From positions 430 through 64,429 of the forward strand of contig JAZSRP010000034.1 of the NCBI GenBank assembly GCA_045538555.1: a stretch of DNA of 64,000 nt. Reading direction: 5' to 3'. This DNA comes from Eubacteriales bacterium (lineage in GTDB: Bacteria; Bacillota; Clostridia; Oscillospirales; CAG-382). The position numbers and the translations under genes are program-made. Below, piece by piece: positions 54,419 to 61,035 of the stretch (position 1 is its first letter; the number at the start of each line of letters is the position of its first letter). Below the pieces are notes generated by a model that was not told the DNA's origin, did not search any database, and worked only from the letters and a program-made list of their open reading frames with translations.

Positions 54419-55387
54419 ATGGGACACAGGGATGTCGTATCGGTTATTGTGCCGGTGTATAACGTAGAAAAATACTTGAGACGCTGTCTTGACAGTCTGG
54501 TGTCTCAGACATACGAGCCGCTGGAGATCATTCTTGTTGACGACGGCTCAATAGATTCCTGCGGGGGGATCTGTGACGAATACGCGCAAAAATACGATTG
54601 CATAAAGGTGATTCACAAGTCAAACGGCGGGCTGTCTCATGCGAGAAACACAGGACTTGATGCGGCAACGGGCGATTTTGTGACCTTTGTGGACAGCGAC
54701 GATTTTGTGGACCCTGAGATGTGCGCTGTGCTCAAGGATGCCATTGACAAAAACGGAGCGGACGTTTCTTGCGTGGGGATCGTGAAGGAATATGAAAACG
54801 GAAAGCCCTCCTGCCCCGCCTACAGTCCCGGGGGCCCCGCTGTTTTTTGCGGCAAAGAAGGGCTCAGAGAGGTTTTTTTGTACCGGGCCATGTTTGTCAG
54901 CGCATGGGCAAAGCTCTATCGCAGGGAGCTGTTTTGCAACGTCAGGTTTCCCGTGGGGGAGACGGATGAGGATTCTGCCGTGGTGACGGATCTTTTGTAC
55001 GGACGCACCGTGGCTCATGCGGGGCGTCATATGTATCATTATCTGACCCGCTCCGGAAGCATTACGGCATCCTACTCAAGGGATCTGTGCCTTTATTCTT
55101 TCAAAAACATGCAAAACACAAAAGATTTTGTGTCAAAAAACTGCCCCGAGCTGATGCCTGAGTACGAGTATTATATGGCAACCAAATGGTTGATCTATCT
55201 GTCGTCCTATGAGGGTCAAAAAGAAGTGACGGATGAGAATGCGGCGGAGTATTACGGCGAGTACAAAAAATATTGGAAACGGCTGATAACAATGCCGGGG
55301 CTCAGCAAAAAAAGAAAGCTGAAGGCGGTTTTTTTGCGATTTGGAATACTGAAGCTCTATTATGCATTTAAGTTTCGGAAACGGTAA
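54419..55387 (+). CDS. Glycosyltransferase family 2
   Basis: VSVIVPVYNVEKYL...VDDGSID...VDSDD motifs. GGAGG Shine-Dalgarno 5 nt before the ATG at 54419. Confidence 0.85.
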   Translation: MGHRDVVSVIVPVYNVEKYLRRCLDSLVSQTYEPLEIILVDDGSIDSCGGICDEYAQKYDCIKVIHKSNGGLSHARNTGLDAATGDFVTFVDSDDFVDPEMCAVLKDAIDKNGADVSCVGIVKEYENGKPSCPAYSPGGPAVFCGKEGLREVFLYRAMFVSAWAKLYRRELFCNVRFPVGETDEDSAVVTDLLYGRTVAHAGRHMYHYLTRSGSITASYSRDLCLYSFKNMQNTKDFVSKNCPELMPEYEYYMATKWLIYLSSYEGQKEVTDENAAEYYGEYKKYWKRLITMPGLSKKRKLKAVFLRFGILKLYYAFKFRKR

Positions 55388-55405
55388 AAAATACGAATAC
55401 AAGTT

Positions 55406-55433
55406 AGAGAAGGCGCAAACCTTCTCTTTTTTG
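55406..55433 (+). terminator. Rho-independent terminator of the licD-GT2 operon
   Basis: agagaagg-cgcaaa-ccttctct hairpin followed by T6. Confidence 0.85.
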
Positions 55434-55507
55434 TCCAAAAAACCAAATTTTTGAGAAAAAAGGGGCGAAAAAAAGTAAATTGTTACATATAAAGTATATT
55501 GCGCCTA

Positions 55508-55536
55508 TTGACACCGCTTTTTAAGGGTGATATAAT
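55508..55536 (+). promoter_or_regulatory. Exact consensus extended -10 sigma-A promoter
   Basis: TTGACA (55508-55513), 17-nt spacer ending in TGA, TATAAT (55531-55536). Confidence 0.75.
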
Positions 55537-55633
55537 TATTCTGTATAAGATTCTAAATCCGTACACGGCCGGAAAACGTTTTTTTGTATTTTTTTAGCTG
55601 TGGACAAAAAACCAAAACCAGAAAGGAAAAAAG

Positions 55634-58600
55634 ATGATGAAACGCAGCTTTTCAAGAGCACTTGCGTTCCTCCTGACGCTCCTTTTGGCAGTGGGTACCG
55701 TGATTCCCGTTGCCGCAGAGGTTCAGCTTGAGGATTACCGTACGTTTTTGTCAAATCTTGAGGATCTGGAGGACTATGCAAAAACCTATGCTTCCTCCAC
55801 CGGCAAAAACGCCGACCTTTTGATGGCCAATTTTATCCGTACCGGTGTTGACAGATACACCACCAGCTCATGGACCACCATGTGCGGTGCGGAGGAGACC
55901 GCTTTTGTTGAGTTTGTAGAACAGCAGGATGCTGCTCTCAACACCTCGGCAATGGATCTCCGGGACCTGACGGAGTTTTATACTCCCAATGGCCAAAAGG
56001 TTGATTTTGAGCATATGTTCGGCGCACTGAATATGGCGCTTTACAACAAAAACAATGCCGATCTCGGCAGCTGGGCAGGCGACCTTTGCGATCTGTTGGT
56101 GTTTACCAAGGGTGAGCTGACTGCCACGGATTTTGAGGAGATGGTCACAGAGATCCGCACCGACTGGCTGGGTGTGGATGATTACCGCCTCGGAGTCAGC
56201 GGATTTGGCACTCTTGATATCTATGGCGACCTTGATGCATTTTATTTTGCCCAACAGGTCAGAAGCGGCGTGTCTCTCGCAAGCGCAGTGGGCAACTATT
56301 ACACCACCGCTCTTTCCGACGAGCAGCGTGCAGCATATTTCCTCAACAACCGCTTTGACGGGCTGGAAACAAAAGAAGACGTGCGCACGGCCATTTACGA
56401 TACATACAAAAAAGACGTGGGCGTTTCCATTCTTGAGGCAGGCGAAGGCATGACCGAGGAGGATTCTGAGAGAAGAATCGCCTGCTGCTATGCTTTTGCG
56501 GATTATCTGTACGACCTTGCCGCCGATCTTTTGGAGGGCGGAAGCGGAGATAGTCCCGATGAGCCCGGCACAAATCCCGACGATCCCGAGCAGGAAGGAG
56601 ACAACAAGTATTACAGCGTTTTTTCCACCGGCTCCTCCACTCTTGCTCCCGGCGTGGTTCAGACTATCAGCTATGCTTTGACCGCAGACAAAGAGCAGAT
56701 CGTCTATTATACCGCCACGGTTGATCTTTCTCTCGATACCGTGGGTATTATGGCCAACTACAAAAACCACGACCCTTCTCTCGGATGGGGAATGGCGCGT
56801 GTTGAGGATCAGGTAAAAGACGCACAAAAATACCACGGCGATCCCAACTCCGAAAATTATATTGAAAATTTCAACGTTATCGCAGGCGTAAACGGTGACT
56901 TTTATAACACATATACCGGAAAACCCTCAGGCGCATTTGTGATGGACGGAGTTCAATACAATTCCGGTTCCGGCAGACCCTTCTTTGCCATTCTGAAGGA
57001 CGGTACGCCCGTGATCGGTTCCTCTACTGAGTGGGACACTTACTCCGATCAGATCGCCGAAGCAGTGGGCGGAAGCGCAGTGGTTCTTCGCGACGGAGTT
57101 GTCGTGGGAGACAACTCGGGCCGTGCTTCCCGTACCGCAGTGGGCATCACCGCAGACGGAAAGGTAGTGCTGATGGTTCTTGACGGACGCCAGAGTCCTT
57201 TTTCTGCCGGCGGAAGCATGGCAGAGATCGCACAGATCCTGCTGGATGCCGGCTGTGTCATCGGTATGAACCTCGACGGCGGCGGATCTTCCACCTTTGT
57301 TGCAAAGCAGGAGGGCGAAGACGAGATCTCGCTTGTCAACAGACCCTCTGACGGATACGCACGTTCCGTCAGCTCCTCTCTGGTGGTATATTCTACCGCA
57401 AAATCGTCAAAAGAGTTTGATCACGCAAACATTTCTTCTGACTATGAGTACCTCACCGTAAACACAGAGTTGCAGCTGACTGCTGTGGGTGTCAGCAACA
57501 CGGGTTATTCCGCAACCATCCCCGAGGGCGCATACTGGGCCGTTTCGGACGATGCGTTGGCAAGCATCGATGCTGACGGACTTTTCACAGCCAAGGCAAA
57601 CGGTGACGTAAAGGCGCTTTTGATGCTGGGTGATACCATCATCGGCGAAAAAGAGCTCCATGTGGTCACTCCCGATGCCCTCGGTTTTGACAAGCCCACA
57701 ATGACCGCCATTTACGGCATCAAGGGAACACTTCCTCTCAAGGCGTATTACAACGGCAATCTCGTGGCTGTCAATGCGGGTGACTTTTTCTTTGCTCTCC
57801 AGTACAACAGCGCAGGATATATAAACGGATTTGAGTATTATATCAACGAGGACTGCGAGTACCGCTCCATCCTGGCGGGTGCAGCGCTTTTGGCAAACTT
57901 TAACGTTCAGGCCTCCATTGTCCTCAATATGTACAAGGACGGCGAGGCGTACTTTGATTTTGACAATGCCACCGCCGGCAGGGATGATTTTGCGTGGAAC
58001 CGCGACGTCACAAATTCCGAGACGGACGACGGTTTGCTGTTCCACATACTGGACAACACTCAGGATACCGAGATTTCATACACCTTTGCCATTGACATGA
58101 CCAAGATCGAGATCCCCGAAAAGCTGACGGGACTCACCAGCATGCTTCCCGGCTCCGACCTTGGCGACAAAACTGCCTGGGCATACATGCTTGAGCTTGC
58201 GGAGCGTGTCAGCACTTTGACCGAAGTAAGGATCGAAGCATGGTTTGACAGCGATCTCCAAGTGGATATTTCCAACATGAAGATCGTCAATGAATATTTT
58301 GTGCTCAGCAGCGTGACTATTGACGAAAGCAACAAGCTCACCATTGTTGCAAACTGGGTTGACCAAACAATGGCCATCAACCCTGCCACAGCAAATCCCG
58401 TTTGTATTCTCTCGGGTATCAAGCTTTCTGTTCCCGACGATGCAAACTGGAACAGCGCTGACCGGCTCCCTATTCTCAACATGGGCGAAGTTTCCTACAA
58501 CATATTCCTCCGTGCAAACCAGCTGTACAGCTTTGCAAGCGTTGGAACAAACCAAGAGGAATACGGTCTGATTCCCTTTATCAACCCCAACGATCCCAAC

Positions 58601-60217
58601 GAGAAGGGTGCATCCTTTGGATCCACCTATGCTACGTTTACCGACAGTATCACTCTTGACAGATCCCTGCGTCAGGGCTGGCACACCGCCAACGATCACC
58701 TGTATTACTACGTGGACGGCGTTGTTGTTACAGGTGTACAAAAGCTTCCCTCTTATGAGGATCCCTCCGTTGAGCTGTTTTATGATTTTGACACCGACGG
58801 CTCCTGCAAGGGAACTCTTACGGGACTGTTTGAAAAAGAAGGCAAGTTCTACTACGCCGTAATGGGCGAGCAAAAAACCGGATGGATCTCTGTTCTTGCC
58901 TCCAACGGGTCGAGCAATTTTTATTACTTTGATCCCAGCAAGGGCGGAGCCGCTCTTGACGGCCAGCAGACCATCAACACCTTCAAATACACCTTTGAAA
59001 ACTACATTTTGGTCAGAGGCGAGATTCGTGAGCACTATGACGGCGAGTTCCGTTACAGATTTGCGGGAATGTGGCTCCGCAACCAGTGGCTCCAGCTTGA
59101 CGGAAACAATTATTTTATCAAATTTGATTACTTCCTTGCACGCAACGGCATGTTCTCCGTGCGTACCATTGACGGTACAAGCACAGAGTATCTGCTGTTT
59201 GATGAAAACTGCGTGTGGCGCAACGATATTTCGGGCCTTTACATGATCAACGGCACTCTGGGTCACTTTGAAAACGGCGTCAGCACCGGTTATCTTGGCC
59301 TGGTATTTATGGACGGATACTATTATTACTTCCGTTCCAACGGCCAGGGCGTTGTGAACCAGACCTACTGGATCACCAAGACCAACGATCTGTTGCCTCA
59401 GGGCAGCTACGTCTTTGACGAAAACGGCAGAATGGTGGTTGACCTTGAGGACGATACAGAGCTTGAGGGCATCGTTGAGCTCAATGGCAAGCTGTATTTC
59501 TTCCGTGACGGACTTATGGTCAAAAATGCAGGTCTGATGAAGCTTGACGACACTACGTATATCTACGTTCGCACCAACGGCGAGCTTGCCACCGGCGTTT
59601 ACTGGCCTACAAAGACCAACGATCTGCTTCCCTATGCGGGATATGACTTTGGCACTGACGGCAAATACGCGGCTGCTCCCGTAGTTCCCGACGAGCCCGA
59701 CGTTCCCGTAGAGCCCGAGATTAAGGATGGCATCGTAGAGGAGGGCGGAAAGCTCTGGTACTACGTCAACGGCGTAAAACAGATCAATCTGGGTCTGGTA
59801 AAGCTTGACGACACCACATATATCTACGTTCGCACCAACGGACAGCTGGCAGTGGGCAACTATTGGCCTACCAAGACCAACGACTTGCTCCCCTATGCGG
59901 GATATGACTTTGGCACCGACGGCAAATACGTGGCTGCTCCCATAGTTCCCGATGAGCCCGACGTTCCCGTAGATCCCGATGTTCCCGTAGAGCCCGAGGT
60001 AAAAGAGGGCGTCTATGAGGAGAACGGAAGCTTGTACTACTACGTCAACGGCGTAAAACAAAAGAACATCGGTCTTGTACAGCTTGATGACGGCGCATAT
60101 ATCTACGTCCGCTCCAACGGACAGCTGGCAGTAGGCAATTACTGGCCCACCAAGACCAACGACTTGCTCCCCTATGCGGGATACGACTTTGGCACCGACG
60201 GAAGACTTTATATCTGA
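55634..60217 (+). CDS. 1527-aa secreted protein: phosphodiester glycosidase (NAGPA/DUF2233-like) domain plus cell-wall/choline-binding-type repeats
   Basis: Signal peptide MMKRSFSRALAFLLTLLLAVGTVIPVAA. NAGPA-like blocks AGVNGDFYN, RTAVGITADGKVVLMVLDGRQ, GMNLDGGGSSTFV. Big_2-like segment. C-terminal G(W/K).YYF...TG repeats and three ~90-aa tandem modules. Confidence 0.8.
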   Translation: MMKRSFSRALAFLLTLLLAVGTVIPVAAEVQLEDYRTFLSNLEDLEDYAKTYASSTGKNADLLMANFIRTGVDRYTTSSWTTMCGAEETAFVEFVEQQDAALNTSAMDLRDLTEFYTPNGQKVDFEHMFGALNMALYNKNNADLGSWAGDLCDLLVFTKGELTATDFEEMVTEIRTDWLGVDDYRLGVSGFGTLDIYGDLDAFYFAQQVRSGVSLASAVGNYYTTALSDEQRAAYFLNNRFDGLETKEDVRTAIYDTYKKDVGVSILEAGEGMTEEDSERRIACCYAFADYLYDLAADLLEGGSGDSPDEPGTNPDDPEQEGDNKYYSVFSTGSSTLAPGVVQTISYALTADKEQIVYYTATVDLSLDTVGIMANYKNHDPSLGWGMARVEDQVKDAQKYHGDPNSENYIENFNVIAGVNGDFYNTYTGKPSGAFVMDGVQYNSGSGRPFFAILKDGTPVIGSSTEWDTYSDQIAEAVGGSAVVLRDGVVVGDNSGRASRTAVGITADGKVVLMVLDGRQSPFSAGGSMAEIAQILLDAGCVIGMNLDGGGSSTFVAKQEGEDEISLVNRPSDGYARSVSSSLVVYSTAKSSKEFDHANISSDYEYLTVNTELQLTAVGVSNTGYSATIPEGAYWAVSDDALASIDADGLFTAKANGDVKALLMLGDTIIGEKELHVVTPDALGFDKPTMTAIYGIKGTLPLKAYYNGNLVAVNAGDFFFALQYNSAGYINGFEYYINEDCEYRSILAGAALLANFNVQASIVLNMYKDGEAYFDFDNATAGRDDFAWNRDVTNSETDDGLLFHILDNTQDTEISYTFAIDMTKIEIPEKLTGLTSMLPGSDLGDKTAWAYMLELAERVSTLTEVRIEAWFDSDLQVDISNMKIVNEYFVLSSVTIDESNKLTIVANWVDQTMAINPATANPVCILSGIKLSVPDDANWNSADRLPILNMGEVSYNIFLRANQLYSFASVGTNQEEYGLIPFINPNDPNEKGASFGSTYATFTDSITLDRSLRQGWHTANDHLYYYVDGVVVTGVQKLPSYEDPSVELFYDFDTDGSCKGTLTGLFEKEGKFYYAVMGEQKTGWISVLASNGSSNFYYFDPSKGGAALDGQQTINTFKYTFENYILVRGEIREHYDGEFRYRFAGMWLRNQWLQLDGNNYFIKFDYFLARNGMFSVRTIDGTSTEYLLFDENCVWRNDISGLYMINGTLGHFENGVSTGYLGLVFMDGYYYYFRSNGQGVVNQTYWITKTNDLLPQGSYVFDENGRMVVDLEDDTELEGIVELNGKLYFFRDGLMVKNAGLMKLDDTTYIYVRTNGELATGVYWPTKTNDLLPYAGYDFGTDGKYAAAPVVPDEPDVPVEPEIKDGIVEEGGKLWYYVNGVKQINLGLVKLDDTTYIYVRTNGQLAVGNYWPTKTNDLLPYAGYDFGTDGKYVAAPIVPDEPDVPVDPDVPVEPEVKEGVYEENGSLYYYVNGVKQKNIGLVQLDDGAYIYVRSNGQLAVGNYWPTKTNDLLPYAGYDFGTDGRLYI
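59468..60214 (+). repeat. Three in-frame tandem coding repeats (about 261-279 nt each)
   Basis: Units begin at 59468, 59729 and 60008. Each encodes ...KLDDTTYIYVRTNG(E/Q)LA.G.YWPTKTNDLLPYAGYDFGTDGKY. Units are joined by PDEPDVPVEPE-type linkers. Long stretches are near-identical at the nucleotide level. Confidence 0.85.
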
Positions 60218-60257
60218 AATCTCTTTTAGTCCCTGCCGTATTTGAGCAAAACATTAT

Positions 60258-60289
60258 CCCATCGGTGCCGGTTTTTCGGCACCGATGGG
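60258..60289 (+). terminator. Strong hairpin downstream of the 1527-aa gene (terminator-like, no U-tract)
   Basis: 13-bp perfect stem cccatcggtgccg / cggcaccgatggg with loop gttttt, followed by aaaccc rather than a T-run. Confidence 0.45.
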
Positions 60290-60330
60290 AAACCCACAGG
60301 GGATATTCCAACGAAAGGGGAGGATAAAAA

Positions 60331-61035
60331 ATGATACAGTGGCTCTATGATAACAAGCTGTTTGTGCTTTTGGGCATTGCCACGCTGTTTGGATTTTTCT
60401 GGCTCTACCAGTTCAAGGACAGACTAAAAGCAAAAACTCCCGTACTGCTGGCAATAGCAATACTCCACACGGGGATAGGTCTGGTATCGGTAAAGGTATT
60501 TGCTTTTCTGGAATCCGGAGAGGCAGGCGGAATGTCCCTTTTCGGCGGAGTGTTCTTTATGCCGCTGCTGTATTTTGCGGTGTCAAAGCTGACAAAGCGT
60601 GATACGGCAGACGTTTTTGACATATTTGCCGTCTGTATGATCACCACACTGTTTTGTGCCAGAATAAACTGCCTTTTGGGCGGATGCTGTCTGGGCATAA
60701 AATTTCCGGGGACCGATTTTCGGATTCCCACCAGAGAGATGGAGCTAGTGTTTTATGCGATCTTGTTTCTGGCGGTGCGGAAAAAGGTGTGCAGACGCAA
60801 TTACCGCGGACTGATATATCCTATTTACCTCATTTCGTACGGCGTATTCAGATTTTGTGTGGAATGGCTGAGAGAATCCACAAACACAGTGGGATTCATT
60901 CATCTGGGCCACATCTGGGCGCTGGTGGCAGTGGCGGTGGGCAGCGGATTTTATTACTACCTGACCAAAAACAACCCCACTGCAAAAAAACAAAACAAGA
61001 AAAAAAGTAAAATAAAAACAAGGAGAAAACCATGA
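60331..61035 (+). CDS. Lgt-family (prolipoprotein diacylglyceryl transferase-like) membrane protein
   Basis: 234 aa, about 6 TM segments. The ARINCLLGGCCLG segment resembles the GR.GC...GCC.G motif of one Lgt-family subgroup. GGGGAGG Shine-Dalgarno. Confidence 0.5.
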   Translation: MIQWLYDNKLFVLLGIATLFGFFWLYQFKDRLKAKTPVLLAIAILHTGIGLVSVKVFAFLESGEAGGMSLFGGVFFMPLLYFAVSKLTKRDTADVFDIFAVCMITTLFCARINCLLGGCCLGIKFPGTDFRIPTREMELVFYAILFLAVRKKVCRRNYRGLIYPIYLISYGVFRFCVEWLRESTNTVGFIHLGHIWALVAVAVGSGFYYYLTKNNPTAKKQNKKKSKIKTRRKP

